The notes under the pieces: model-generated
What the model saw: the letters and a program-made list of their open reading frames with translations, nothing else
Told to the model about the DNA's origin: nothing
Database searches by the model: none
Program-made: the position numbers and the translations under genes
In this document: positions 17,649 to 27,673 of the stretch, in pieces
How the letters are laid out: every line of letters begins with the position of its first letter
Numbering within the stretch: position 1 is the first letter of the stretch
NCBI GenBank assembly: GCA_041664625.1
Contig: JBAYKK010000003.1
Location: 4,331-68,330 of the forward strand
Reading direction: 5' to 3'
DNA: 64,000 bases
Origin: Minisyncoccota bacterium
GTDB lineage: Bacteria > Patescibacteriota > Minisyncoccia > Phycocordibacterales > WO2-35-19

Positions 17649-18896
17649 ATGTTATTCCCTGAAATAAAAATTGAAAAAAATACAATTAATGGTGCTATTG
17701 TGTATAAACTTTATAAAAAAGATGCTCCTTTGGCCATAAGGTTTACTTTTTTTGCTGGTTCTCGTTTTGATGAAAAACCCGGAGTGGCTCATTGTCTAGA
17801 ACATTTATTTGTAGCTTCTACTTCTTTTTTTAAATCAAAAGATCAGATAGCTAAATATTTGGAACAATTTGGTGGAAATTTTTCAGCGACAACAGGTAAT
17901 GATGTTTTAAGAGTAAATATTGAAATTTCTGATAAAGAAGATATTGAAAAAGCTCTTTTGTTAATGAAAAGTTTTTTAGATAGAAGAATATTTGATAATA
18001 ATGTTTTTGAAAATGAAAGGAAATCTATTTTGTCAGAATTTCTAGAAAAGAAAAGTAATCCGTCTAAATTTGTTTGGGAATTACGAAGGAAAAATTCTTT
18101 TGCAGGAACACCTCTAGAGAACTCTATAATTGGTACAGAACAGGAGGTATTAAATATAACTGTTGACGATGTGATTAAACATCATGATAAAAATATAACA
18201 TCAGGAAAACTAAACATAGTAATTGCTGGAGATTTTGAAGAAAATATTGTTGATAACATAAAACAAAATTTACCTGAAATAAAAATTGAAAAATACTTAG
18301 GTCTGGATAATATTTTTTTTCCAAAAATGTTGCCAAATAAAAATCGCAATAAAATAATTGAAAAAAATATAGCCGACGGAAAACAGGCGTACACCGTTTG
18401 TAGTTTGGCTATATTTGACAAATTATCTGTAAAAGAAAAAATAGCTTTAAAGATATTCAATAATATATTTGGAGTGGGTCGCGGTTCTGTTTTGTTATCA
18501 AACCTTAGATACAAAGAGTCTTTTGTATATTCAGCTTTTTCATCGTTAAATGGGGGCTATGATTGGAGTATTTTTGATATTTATTTTTCTTCAAATTATC
18601 AAGACATTAATAAGTGTATTGAGATAATAAAGCAACAAGTAATAGAAATAAAAAATGGTAAAATCAGTAAAGAAGAATTTGAAAATGAAAAAAATAGAAT
18701 TATTAAAAATTTAAAAAGAGAATTGCAGACAACAAATGATCTGGTCAATTTTTGTGAACAGCTTTTTATATTTGAAGAAAATCTTAGTCTTAAAATGTAT
18801 AAAGACGCATTCGATGATTTAAAATTGGAGGATTTCTTGATTGTTATTAATAAATTTGTTAAAGAAGATCAATTTAACGTTGCAATTTGTAGATAA
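17649..18896 (+). CDS. M16 family zinc metallopeptidase (pitrilysin/insulinase-like)
   Basis: 415 aa; inverted zincin HxxEH motif (AHCLEHLF); M16 N/C domain lengths. Confidence 0.7.
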   Translation: MLFPEIKIEKNTINGAIVYKLYKKDAPLAIRFTFFAGSRFDEKPGVAHCLEHLFVASTSFFKSKDQIAKYLEQFGGNFSATTGNDVLRVNIEISDKEDIEKALLLMKSFLDRRIFDNNVFENERKSILSEFLEKKSNPSKFVWELRRKNSFAGTPLENSIIGTEQEVLNITVDDVIKHHDKNITSGKLNIVIAGDFEENIVDNIKQNLPEIKIEKYLGLDNIFFPKMLPNKNRNKIIEKNIADGKQAYTVCSLAIFDKLSVKEKIALKIFNNIFGVGRGSVLLSNLRYKESFVYSAFSSLNGGYDWSIFDIYFSSNYQDINKCIEIIKQQVIEIKNGKISKEEFENEKNRIIKNLKRELQTTNDLVNFCEQLFIFEENLSLKMYKDAFDDLKLEDFLIVINKFVKEDQFNVAICR

Positions 18897-18901
18897 TTAA
18901 G

Positions 18902-18928
18902 GAAGCCCCTCAAACTGCAAGGGGCTTC
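18902..18928. terminator. bidirectional terminator between M16 peptidase and peptide gene 2
   Basis: gaagcccct-caaactgca-aggggcttc perfect 9-bp stem. Confidence 0.65.
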
Positions 18929-18947
18929 TGTTGGGTTATTTCGGCAA

Positions 18948-19067
18948 TTAGTCGTCCCCGTCCTCGTCGTCGTCGCATGGTTCGTCTGGGTAATCATCGC
19001 TTCCCGCACGAAAAACAATACAACGATAATCGGGAATAGGTTCCTGGATTTTTTCCAGTGTTTGCAT
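18948..19067 (-). CDS. small acidic peptide, paralog 2 (39 aa) MQTLEKIQEPIPDYRCIVFRAGSDDYPDEPCDDDEDGDD
   Basis: RBS gaggaaaggg; conserved core with 17398-17523; synonymous-type nt differences in the core (gac/gat, atc/att, ggc/gga). Confidence 0.55.
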   Translation of the reverse strand: MQTLEKIQEPIPDYRCIVFRAGSDDYPDEPCDDDEDGDD

Positions 19068-19172
19068 GGTATTATCCCTTTCCTCAAGGAAAGCTCAGCT
19101 GGTGCTCTCCTATCTAAAGTACAGGGGGTTGCCTGTCTGTGTTTAGTATGGTATTAAAATATTTTTTGTCAA
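19068..19172 (-). promoter_or_regulatory. conserved promoter plus 5' leader of peptide gene 2 (copy 2 of 2)
   Basis: Near-identical to 17524-17628, including TTGACA, the -10 and the leader hairpin (GAGAGC...GCUUUC, stem kept by G:U/G:C swaps). Confidence 0.6.
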
Positions 19173-19667
19173 CTATGTATACTCTGGTTTTATTTTGTGG
19201 TTTTTGAGGTATAAGGTCCTAAAGTAAGTTGGTATGTATGGAAAATAACGAGAAAATTGTTTAGTTGGCAAAAATTGAATAGATTTGATTATTTTTCGGC
19301 AATTTTTTTCTCCACAAGCGCATTTCATGGACCATAATTGATCAGCTTCTATTATAGAATAATCAGTGGTTGTCTCGTCACCTTTTTTGATATCTTTTAG
19401 AGCAACAACTTCGACTTTTCCTTTTATACCGCAATTTGGATTGCAAGAATGATTTAAATATTTATAGGGTGGGATAGGGTCAACCCAATTATTCATCTTG
19501 AAACCAACCCAGTCAGGATGTGATAGTGCGTCTTTTTTGCCGTTGTTTACCTTAAACATTCTAGGGCCTTTTATTATAAAAACAATCTCTCCTTTCGCTA
19601 TATCTCTAGTTGCAAATATTCCTTTGCCATGAATTCCGCTTTTACTAACCGTTACTTTAGTCGACAT
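19173..19667 (-). CDS. SET-domain protein lysine methyltransferase
   Basis: 164 aa; GKGIFATRDIAKGEIV, NHSCNPN, TTTDYS, post-SET CACGEKNCR. Confidence 0.75.
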   Translation of the reverse strand: MSTKVTVSKSGIHGKGIFATRDIAKGEIVFIIKGPRMFKVNNGKKDALSHPDWVGFKMNNWVDPIPPYKYLNHSCNPNCGIKGKVEVVALKDIKKGDETTTDYSIIEADQLWSMKCACGEKNCRKIIKSIQFLPTKQFSRYFPYIPTYFRTLYLKNHKIKPEYT

Positions 19668-19671
19668 AAAT

Positions 19672-20250
19672 TTATTTTTTTATATTAATTTTTCTAAATA
19701 AAAGTCCTGTTATTACCCCGTCTATTAGGAATGTGTAGACTGGGTATATTATAACACCAAATATAATCTTGTCAATCGCAAACAAATTAAACAAATTACC
19801 GGTCTGGGTGAGTGACCAAGCGAAACGGTCCTCTTCTTCTGGGGTGGTCCATGATTTTTTTATTGTAGGTATGGCCGCAAAAAAATCTATAGCCAAATTA
19901 GCGACCAGAGCTACCACTGGTGAGCCAAAAACCCACCAAAGAACCAGGCTGAATAAAGCTCCTACGAAGGCAATGATGTCTATTTTTTCAGTTCCACCCA
20001 CGCCGTATTTTATGGCAAGCAAGGCGATGATCGTAGGTGCGATCGCTTCACTAACCGCTACCCAAATAGTATCTTCGGCACCGGAAGCTCGGTAGCTTAT
20101 AGCCAAGATGATGCCGATTATGGCCCAAATGAACCAAGTGGCTCGGCTGGGTTTGGTTTTGCCTTTGAGTATTGCGACTATATAAAATAAATAAGCAGAG
20201 AAAGAAAGTATCCCGGCCATTATTCCAAAAATTCCAGTAAAGCCAAACAT
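19672..20250 (-). CDS. 6-TM integral membrane protein (hypothetical), likely co-transcribed with the SET gene
   Basis: 192 aa, six hydrophobic helices, 4-nt gap to SET gene start. Confidence 0.5.
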   Translation of the reverse strand: MFGFTGIFGIMAGILSFSAYLFYIVAILKGKTKPSRATWFIWAIIGIILAISYRASGAEDTIWVAVSEAIAPTIIALLAIKYGVGGTEKIDIIAFVGALFSLVLWWVFGSPVVALVANLAIDFFAAIPTIKKSWTTPEEEDRFAWSLTQTGNLFNLFAIDKIIFGVIIYPVYTFLIDGVITGLLFRKINIKK

Positions 20251-20285
20251 GGTGTGATTATACTACAAATTTTGAAATACAAATA

Positions 20286-21392
20286 TTAAATGCCCTCTTC
20301 GCGGAGTTTGGTGATAGCTTCACGAGCAGATTTGGAAAGTTTTTTGGGTAAAGCCACTTTGATATGGATCAAGATGTCACCTCGGCTTCGGTTTTGATCA
20401 GGCACCCCTTTACCCTTAATCTGTAAAATATCGCCAGTATTTATACCTTCTGGAATATTGAGAGTAGAAAGTCCGTCCAAAGTTTGGATGTCTATTTTGG
20501 CCCCCAGTAAAGCGTCTGACAATTTAACGTCTAATTTCATTATCAAATTGTTACCTTCTTTGCTGAAAGTTTTGTGTTTTTTGACATGGGTTTTGATATA
20601 AAGATCGCCCGATGCCCCGCCCTTTACGGCTTCACCTCCACCAGAGAGACGGATCATTTCACCGTTTTCTATGCCGGCGGGGATTTTTATTTTTATTTCC
20701 TCTTCTTTTTTGAGGACTCCTAAGCCATCACAAAAATTGCATTTTTCTTTGGGTATTTTGCCAGTGCCTGCACAAGTTTCGCAAGTTTTGGAAACTTCAA
20801 TGGAACCAAAAATAGTCCTTTTCATTTCTCTGATCTTGCCTTTGCCGTTGCAGGTTTGGCAGTTTATGTTTTCAGTCCCTTTTTTGCCACCAGTGCCATT
20901 ACAAACTTGGCAAACTGATATTTTGTTTAAAAGAATATTTCGATCTACTCCGAAAACTGCCTCTTCAAAATTAAGCTCTATGTCGATGGATATGTCGCGA
21001 CCCCTTTTGGCTTTACTTCCACGGTTACCGCCAAAGAATTCACCAAAAATATCTCCCAAATCAAAACCTTCGGCTCCAAAATCAAAACCGTTTTGACCGG
21101 CAAAATCTTGCCAATTACCTTGAAAACCATTGAATCCTTGACCAGGGTTTGCTCCAGCAAAATTTTGACCATACATATCGTACTGAGCTCTTTTTTGATC
21201 GTCAGAAAGTACGCTATAAGCCTCGCTAGCTTCTTTGAATTTTTCAGCGTTTCCGCCTTTTTTGTCTGGGTGGTATTTGTGAGCTAACGCTCTAAAAGCC
21301 TTCTTTATATCGTCTTTTGAGGCTTTTTTGTCTATACCAAGTATGTCGTAGTAGTTTTTCATGGCGTGATACCAATATACGAATTCATTCAA
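20286..21392 (-). CDS. dnaJ: chaperone DnaJ
   Basis: J-domain HPD motif, G/F-rich region, four CxxCxGxG zinc-finger repeats. Confidence 0.9.
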   Translation of the reverse strand: MNEFVYWYHAMKNYYDILGIDKKASKDDIKKAFRALAHKYHPDKKGGNAEKFKEASEAYSVLSDDQKRAQYDMYGQNFAGANPGQGFNGFQGNWQDFAGQNGFDFGAEGFDLGDIFGEFFGGNRGSKAKRGRDISIDIELNFEEAVFGVDRNILLNKISVCQVCNGTGGKKGTENINCQTCNGKGKIREMKRTIFGSIEVSKTCETCAGTGKIPKEKCNFCDGLGVLKKEEEIKIKIPAGIENGEMIRLSGGGEAVKGGASGDLYIKTHVKKHKTFSKEGNNLIMKLDVKLSDALLGAKIDIQTLDGLSTLNIPEGINTGDILQIKGKGVPDQNRSRGDILIHIKVALPKKLSKSAREAITKLREEGI

Positions 21393-21442
21393 ATGATGCG
21401 AATGACTACGAATATTGAATTTAACTCAATTATATCAGAAAT

Positions 21443-23338
21443 TTAGCTCTTTGTCTCGCCTGTATTTTCTCCAGAATTTTCTTCTTTTGGTTCTTCTGGT
21501 TTCTTTTTCTCACTACTTGATGCTGACTGCTGGCTACTATTCTTCTGCATATACTCCCCTATTTTTTGAATTTCTTTGGAAAGGTTTTCGGTTGCGGTTT
21601 TTATTGCACTCATGTCGTCTTTATCTTTTACTTCTTTTAGTTCTTTCACTTTTTCTTCTACCCCTTTTTTGATTTCGTCTGAGATTTTACCTTCTGCATC
21701 TTTTAGGGCTTTTTCGGTAGTGTAAATGATTTGCTCGGCTAGGTTTTTGGTCTCCAATAATTCTTTTTTCTTGGCGTCGTCGCTAGCGTGAGTTTCAGCG
21801 TCTTTTTGCATTTTTTCAATTTCTTCTTTTGAAAGACCACTTGAACCTTCTATCTTGATAGATTGTTCTTTGCCCGATGATTTATCTTTGGCTTTGACAC
21901 TCAAAATACCGTTGGCGTCTATGTCAAAAGTAACTTCAATCTGAGGTACTCCTCTTGATGCTGGAGGGATGCCGTCCAAAATAAACCGACCGAGAGTGCG
22001 GTTGTCTGTTACCAATGCTCTTTCGCCTTGAACTACATGTATCTCTACACTAGTCTGATTATCAGCGGCAGTTGAAAAGGTCTGAGATTTGGAAGATGGG
22101 ATCGTGGTGTTGCGATCAATGAGTTTGGTGGCTACTCCACCCATAGTTTCTATACCAAGAGAAAGTGGTATGACATCCAAAAGCAAAATATCTTTGACAT
22201 CGCCACCGATGATACCGCCCTGGATGGCCGCACCGAGAGCCACCACTTCGTCTGGGTTGATACTCTTATTTGGTTCTTTGCCAAAAAACTTTTTGACTTC
22301 TTCGATTATTTTTGGCATACGAGTTTGGCCACCGACCAATACGATTTCTTCTATCTCATTAACTTTGAAAGGTGAAGATTCTATGGCACGTTTGGTGATC
22401 TCCATCGCTCTTTGGATGAATTCATCAGAGAGTTCTTCCAATTTGGCGCGGTTCATTTTGATAAGTAAATGGCGAGGGCCAGAAGAGTCAGAAGTGATGA
22501 AAGGGATGTTTACTTCAGTGTCGGTAGCTGTAGAGAGCTCAATCTTGGCTTTTTCAGCGGCTTCATCCAATCTTTGTAATGCCAATGAATCTTTGGTGAT
22601 ATCTATACCCGATTCTTTTTTAAATTCGTTAGCCAACCAATGTATAATCTTTTGATCAATGTCTTTACCGCCCAAGTGTGAATCTCCATCAGTAGCTTTG
22701 ACTTCAACTACGTCATCCCCTACTTCCAAAATAGAGATATCAAAAGTTCCGCCTCCAAAATCGAAGACCGCTATTTGTTCGTTTTTCTTTTTGTTGAATC
22801 CATAAGCGAGAGCGGCGGCTGTCGGTTCGTTTATGATTCTCAAAACATCCAAACCAGCGATTTGACCAGCGTCTTTGGTGGCTTTCCTTTGGGCGTCGTT
22901 GAAATAAGCTGGGACGGTGATGATGGCTTGAGTCACTTTTTCGCCCAATTTGGCTTCAGCGTCAGCTTTGAGTTTAGAAAGTATCATAGCCGATATTTCT
23001 TCTGGTCGGTAAATATGATCGTTCATTTTGACTTGGACACTGCCAGTCGAGGATGCTGAAATTTCAAAAGGCACTGTGTCTTTATCTTTTTGGACTGCTT
23101 CTTCTTTGAAATCGTGACCGATAAATCTTTTGATACCAAAAACTGTGTTGGTTGGGTTGGTGACGGCTTGTCTCCTTGCCAAAAGTCCCACTAGTCTTTC
23201 GCCGGTTTTTGAAATAGCTACGATAGAAGGTGTGGTCCTTGCCCCCTCGATGTTTTCGATTATTTTAGGGTTTCCACTCTCCATGACAGCGACAGCGCAG
23301 TTGGTAGTTCCTAAATCTATTCCTATGATTTTTGACAT
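21443..23338 (-). CDS. dnaK: chaperone DnaK (Hsp70)
   Basis: 631 aa; [22 protein letters not shown] Hsp70 signatures. Confidence 0.95.
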   Translation of the reverse strand: MSKIIGIDLGTTNCAVAVMESGNPKIIENIEGARTTPSIVAISKTGERLVGLLARRQAVTNPTNTVFGIKRFIGHDFKEEAVQKDKDTVPFEISASSTGSVQVKMNDHIYRPEEISAMILSKLKADAEAKLGEKVTQAIITVPAYFNDAQRKATKDAGQIAGLDVLRIINEPTAAALAYGFNKKKNEQIAVFDFGGGTFDISILEVGDDVVEVKATDGDSHLGGKDIDQKIIHWLANEFKKESGIDITKDSLALQRLDEAAEKAKIELSTATDTEVNIPFITSDSSGPRHLLIKMNRAKLEELSDEFIQRAMEITKRAIESSPFKVNEIEEIVLVGGQTRMPKIIEEVKKFFGKEPNKSINPDEVVALGAAIQGGIIGGDVKDILLLDVIPLSLGIETMGGVATKLIDRNTTIPSSKSQTFSTAADNQTSVEIHVVQGERALVTDNRTLGRFILDGIPPASRGVPQIEVTFDIDANGILSVKAKDKSSGKEQSIKIEGSSGLSKEEIEKMQKDAETHASDDAKKKELLETKNLAEQIIYTTEKALKDAEGKISDEIKKGVEEKVKELKEVKDKDDMSAIKTATENLSKEIQKIGEYMQKNSSQQSASSSEKKKPEEPKEENSGENTGETKS

Positions 23339-23434
23339 AAGTTTGAAAGTTAAATAATAAAAGTTTTAATTTCGCGTCCCCAATTATACATCCGCTCCTC
23401 TCTTTTGTGCACTTGACAAAAATAGTTTTAGCTT

Positions 23435-24022
23435 TTATTTGTCAGACTTACCTACTTTGACTTTAGGTGCTCTGATTATTTTGTTTTGCAATTTGTAGCC
23501 GACACTTAGGACTTCAACTATTTTACCGTCTTCTTTTTCATTTTCAATTGCTACATTTTCTATAGCATCATCACGATTAGGATCAAACGCTTCACCAAGT
23601 GGGTTTATGACTGAAACTCCATGGTTAGCTAAGACGTTTATAAGTTGGGCATGGATGTACTCTACTCCTTTGCGCCAATTTGCATCAACTTTCTCCCAAG
23701 CTTCTTTGTTTTTGAAAGCCGAATCAAATGAATCTAATACGGTTATGATCTCGGTAGCGATGTCTTCTTTGGCGAATTTGGCAAAATCCTTTTTTTCTTC
23801 TTCCAATCTTTTCCTCAAATTTACCCCGTCGGCTCTCTCTTTTTGCCAACCTGTCAAATATTCCTGATTTTTTTCTGTCAATTCTTTTATTTTTGCTCGT
23901 AGTTTTTTGACCAATCCGGCTTGATTGGTTTGCCCTTCTTCATCTATCTCTTCATCAAAAGAGACTTCATCAGTCTCTTCTAATTCCTCATTTTTGTTTT
24001 CGTCCTCGTTCATAGGGCTCAT
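23435..24022 (-). CDS. grpE: nucleotide exchange factor GrpE
   Basis: 195 aa, acidic N-term, GrpE C-terminal beta-domain pattern, upstream of dnaK. Confidence 0.85.
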   Translation of the reverse strand: MSPMNEDENKNEELEETDEVSFDEEIDEEGQTNQAGLVKKLRAKIKELTEKNQEYLTGWQKERADGVNLRKRLEEEKKDFAKFAKEDIATEIITVLDSFDSAFKNKEAWEKVDANWRKGVEYIHAQLINVLANHGVSVINPLGEAFDPNRDDAIENVAIENEKEDGKIVEVLSVGYKLQNKIIRAPKVKVGKSDK

Positions 24023-24093
24023 TATAGTGATTTTTGAGGAAAAATCAATAATTTAATAAAAGAAAAGGGCGAAGGAAAATCCATCGCACCTTT

Positions 24094-24786
24094 TTATAAA
24101 TAGATCTTATCGAGGACGCCTTCGTGGTTTTTTTCGATCCAGAAAGGCAGATCATCGATGGACCGCAGTATGTTGCCGAGCTTTATGGGGTATTGATTCA
24201 CATGCTCGATCATATACGGACCAGTCTGGACCACTAGTGTCTCCAATCCGGCCGCGTGACCGGCTTGAGTGTCACTCGGAGTATCTCCAACGAAAATACA
24301 ATTTTCCTTGGCGATCCCCAACTCCTCGAGGCGCTCTAGAGCATACCTGAAAACTCTTGGGTCCGGTTTGTGGTGCGGGCAATCCTCTTTGGCCGTTATC
24401 ACTTCGAACTTGTTTAACAGGTCGATCTCGTCTAGAAGCTCGGTGAGCCACTTTTTGTGTCTTGAAGTGATGAGAGCCAGCTTAAACTTGTTATGTCTAA
24501 GCCACAGCAATACTTCACGAGCACCCGGTATGAGTTGCGGCCTTTGAGAAGTGTCTAGGGTTTCCCATACTCGATTCATTTCTTTTGCCAGCGATTGATT
24601 CACTCCCAAACAATGCGTTAGAAGTTCAATGGCTGGCATGCCCCAAGCGTTGGTAAGTTTGGTGCGAGTTTCTCGACCGTACGGTACCTCATGCATGGCG
24701 CAGAGTATGTGTATTTTTTGAAGACCGCTCCGGAATGTATCCAGGAGGACTCCATCGAGATCACACAGAACCGCTTTAACTATCAC
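24094..24786 (-). CDS. HAD-superfamily hydrolase (beta-phosphoglucomutase/phosphatase subfamily)
   Basis: DLDGVLLDT motif I, HAD motifs II-IV; GC ~50%, atypical for the locus. Confidence 0.7.
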   Translation of the reverse strand: MIVKAVLCDLDGVLLDTFRSGLQKIHILCAMHEVPYGRETRTKLTNAWGMPAIELLTHCLGVNQSLAKEMNRVWETLDTSQRPQLIPGAREVLLWLRHNKFKLALITSRHKKWLTELLDEIDLLNKFEVITAKEDCPHHKPDPRVFRYALERLEELGIAKENCIFVGDTPSDTQAGHAAGLETLVVQTGPYMIEHVNQYPIKLGNILRSIDDLPFWIEKNHEGVLDKIYL

Positions 24787-24895
24787 AAGCCCTCCTTTCT
24801 AGGATTTTCGGTCTGCCACATTTATACACCAAACAAAACCCTTTGTAAAGCTTTACAAAAGATTTTGTTAATTGTGTAAATTTAATGAGAAATCC

Positions 24896-25330
24896 CTACC
24901 TCTTGCTCCATTGTGGAGATTTGCGGGCTTTTTTGAGGCCGAATTTACGTCTTTCTTTGGAGCGAGGGTCGCGCTTCAAGAAGCCGGCGGTTTTCATTTT
25001 GGTTTTGGTGGAATCATCGTATTTAACCAAAGTTCTGGCTATGCCATGACGGACAGCTTCTGCCTGAGAATGTATGCCGCCCCCTTTGACGTGTATAGTA
25101 ATTTCAAAAGTGCCCTCTTTCAATTTGGCAGTGGCTTCTTCTACGATCTTGCGAAGTTCTGCGGTTGGGAAATATGAGGCCAAATCTCGGCCATTTACTT
25201 TGAAACTATTTTTGGAAGCCGGAGTGATGCGTACTCTAGCTGATGCAGTTTTTCTTCGGCCGACGGCTTCGGTGTATCTCCCATCATTTTTTTCGGTTTT
25301 TTCTTTTGTGACTGGCATTTTAGTTTCCAT
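24896..25330 (-). CDS. rpsI: 30S ribosomal protein S9
   Basis: C-terminal ...KARKSPQWSKR S9 signature. Confidence 0.9.
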   Translation of the reverse strand: METKMPVTKEKTEKNDGRYTEAVGRRKTASARVRITPASKNSFKVNGRDLASYFPTAELRKIVEEATAKLKEGTFEITIHVKGGGIHSQAEAVRHGIARTLVKYDDSTKTKMKTAGFLKRDPRSKERRKFGLKKARKSPQWSKR

Positions 25331-25674
25331 TATTTCGTAATTAATAAATTTTTCATCATTCGGTCTCTTAATTTGTTTTTTGGCAACATACCTTTGATGG
25401 CAATCCTCAAAACCTCTTTCATACCAAAATCTTCTACCACTTTTTTCATGGTTCTTTCTCTCAAACCACCTGGATAGCCAGAATAATTTTTGTAAACTTT
25501 TTCCAACATTTTTTTGTTGCTGGTCTCTATTTTGGAAGAATTTGTTATTTTCAATTTTACTTCTGGGATAGCGTTCCGCACAAAATCAACTCTATTTTTG
25601 CCCATCAAGATAGTTGCCGCTTCCGATGCGAGTCTACCTAATTTTTTACCTTGTGCGTCTATAATGTATTCCAT
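25330..25674 (-). CDS. rplM: 50S ribosomal protein L13
   Basis: 114 aa L13 pattern, directly upstream of rpsI. Confidence 0.85.
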   Translation of the reverse strand: MEYIIDAQGKKLGRLASEAATILMGKNRVDFVRNAIPEVKLKITNSSKIETSNKKMLEKVYKNYSGYPGGLRERTMKKVVEDFGMKEVLRIAIKGMLPKNKLRDRMMKNLLITK

Positions 25675-25679
25675 AAATT

Positions 25680-26030
25680 TTATTTTACAAATTCAATAAT
25701 TGCCATTTTACTGCCGTCTGACATTCTTCTTCCTGATTTTATGATCCTAGTGAATCCGCCTTTTCGGTTTTCGTATTTTTTTGAAAGTGTGTCAACCAAA
25801 ATTTTTGAAGCTTTGGGGCCGATTTTTTCGCTCACTGATCTTCTGGCTGCCACAGTTTGCAACTTGCCTTTGGTTATGAGTTTTTCTATGAAAGGTCTCA
25901 ATTCTTTGGCTTTTGGTTCGGTAGTTTCCATTTTTTCATGCAATACCAAAGATCGAGCTAGAGAATTAATCAAAGCTTTTCTAACTTTAGTCACTCTGCC
26001 AAATTTTCTGTTGTGGTTGTTGTGTCTCAT
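25680..26030 (-). CDS. rplQ: 50S ribosomal protein L17
   Basis: 116 aa, MRHNNHNRKFGRVTKVRKAL L17 N-terminus, downstream of rpoA. Confidence 0.85.
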   Translation of the reverse strand: MRHNNHNRKFGRVTKVRKALINSLARSLVLHEKMETTEPKAKELRPFIEKLITKGKLQTVAARRSVSEKIGPKASKILVDTLSKKYENRKGGFTRIIKSGRRMSDGSKMAIIEFVK

Positions 26031-26031
26031 C

Positions 26032-27015
26032 TTACTTCAATGTTATACCATGTTCTCCTAAAACTCTTTTGATTTCGGCTACACCTTTAGCTCCAAGGCC
26101 TTCTACTTCCAAGATGTCTTTTTCTTTCTTTCGGGCCAAACCACCGATGGTTCTGATATTGGCACTTGATAAGGCGTTTAGGGTTCTGGCTGAAAGGTTT
26201 AGGTTTTCGATACGAGTTTTGAGGAATTCTGGGTCTAATTTTTGGTTTTCTTCATTGTTTTCTCCTTGCATTTCTTCATCTGAAATATTTGAGTCTACTG
26301 AGCTCTCTTTTTCTTCAAAACCGGTTATAGCTTTCAATTGGCCGATCATTATGTTGATAGATTTTTCAAGAGATTCTTTTGGGCTCAGGCTGCCATCGGT
26401 TTCTATAAGGATTCTTAGACGATTAAAATCAGTTCGGTCACCAACTCGCATGTTTTCTACTTCGTAACTAACTCTTCTGATTGGGGTGAAATTGGCGTCC
26501 AAAACAATAGTACCAATATCAACTTTGTTTTTACCAAGACTGTCTCGGCTCACGAATCCCAAACCTTTTTCTACTGTCATTTCGATATTTAGATTTGAAT
26601 CTTTATCTGTAAGGGTGGCGATGACTAACTCTGGGTTTATGACTTCTACTTGGCCAGGAGTCTCGATATCTTTTGCGGTTACTGTCTTTACACCTTTGGT
26701 TTTGATAGTCAAAATCTGAGGTTCGTCAGAAAGTATTTTGAGTCTTAATCTTTTGATATTAAGCATTATCATTACTACATCTTCTTTGACTCCTTTGATT
26801 GAAGAAAATTCGTGCTCTACACCGTCAATTTTGACTGAGGTTATAGCTGCTCCAGGCAAGGAAGATAAAATAATGCGACGTAAACTATTGCCTATAGTAA
26901 ATCCGTAGCCAGGATAAAACCCGTCAATTTCATAAACACCTCTGTTGCCTTCTTCGGAGACTATCCTAGGTTTTGAAGGTAATACGATTGTTTTATCAAA
27001 ATTTTCCATTGTCAT
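26032..27015 (-). CDS. rpoA: DNA-directed RNA polymerase alpha subunit
   Basis: Start chosen at MTMENFDK (27015) to avoid overlap with rpsD; alpha NTD/CTD pattern. Confidence 0.9.
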   Translation of the reverse strand: MTMENFDKTIVLPSKPRIVSEEGNRGVYEIDGFYPGYGFTIGNSLRRIILSSLPGAAITSVKIDGVEHEFSSIKGVKEDVVMIMLNIKRLRLKILSDEPQILTIKTKGVKTVTAKDIETPGQVEVINPELVIATLTDKDSNLNIEMTVEKGLGFVSRDSLGKNKVDIGTIVLDANFTPIRRVSYEVENMRVGDRTDFNRLRILIETDGSLSPKESLEKSINIMIGQLKAITGFEEKESSVDSNISDEEMQGENNEENQKLDPEFLKTRIENLNLSARTLNALSSANIRTIGGLARKKEKDILEVEGLGAKGVAEIKRVLGEHGITLK

Positions 27016-27052
27016 AATATTAAAAGTTAGAATTAAATTTTTTTGTATAAAA

Positions 27053-27661
27053 TTATCTTTGGTAATATTCAATAACTTGACCAAGATCAAACATCAAATC
27101 AGATTTTTCAGCGAAAGAGCTGTTTTTTATGGTAAGCTCTTTGGTTTGGCTGTTCCACGCGATCCATTCTGGTGATTTGGTTTCTATTATTTTATTATCT
27201 AATTCGGTAAACATTTTGCTGTTTTTGCTACCTTCTCTGATTGTGATTTTATCGCCAGCTTTTACATTAAAAGAAGGCACGTAAACTTTTTTGTTGTTTA
27301 CCAAAAAGTGGCCGTGACTGACTGCTTGTCTGGCGTAAAGGTGGGTTGGCAAAATGCCTGCTCTCCAAATAACATTATCAAGACGGTGTTCTAAAGATTT
27401 CAGAAGAGTTGTTTTTGGGGAATCTGTTTTTCTTTCTAGAGCTTGTCTTACATATTTGGCAAATTGTTTTTCAGTAACGCAATAAAACATCCTAGCTTTT
27501 TGTTTTTCATTCAATTGAATACCAAAATCAGTCTTGGGTTTATTAAAAGATTTCTTATTTTTTTTGCGGTCTTCTCGAAGTGCATATTTTTGAGTTTGGG
27601 TTTTTTCAAAAATTGGAGCTTTGAGACGACGTGCTATTTTGTATTTTGAGCCTATTTTCAT
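27053..27661 (-). CDS. rpsD: 30S ribosomal protein S4
   Basis: 202 aa S4 N-terminal pattern and S4 domain. Confidence 0.9.
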   Translation of the reverse strand: MKIGSKYKIARRLKAPIFEKTQTQKYALREDRKKNKKSFNKPKTDFGIQLNEKQKARMFYCVTEKQFAKYVRQALERKTDSPKTTLLKSLEHRLDNVIWRAGILPTHLYARQAVSHGHFLVNNKKVYVPSFNVKAGDKITIREGSKNSKMFTELDNKIIETKSPEWIAWNSQTKELTIKNSSFAEKSDLMFDLGQVIEYYQR

Positions 27662-27673
27662 ATATTTTTAAAA

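Noticed and set aside
23339-24093. CIRCE/HrcA operator upstream of grpE-dnaK
   Set aside because: No TTAGCACTC-N9-GAGTGCTAA-like inverted repeat found in either intergenic region.
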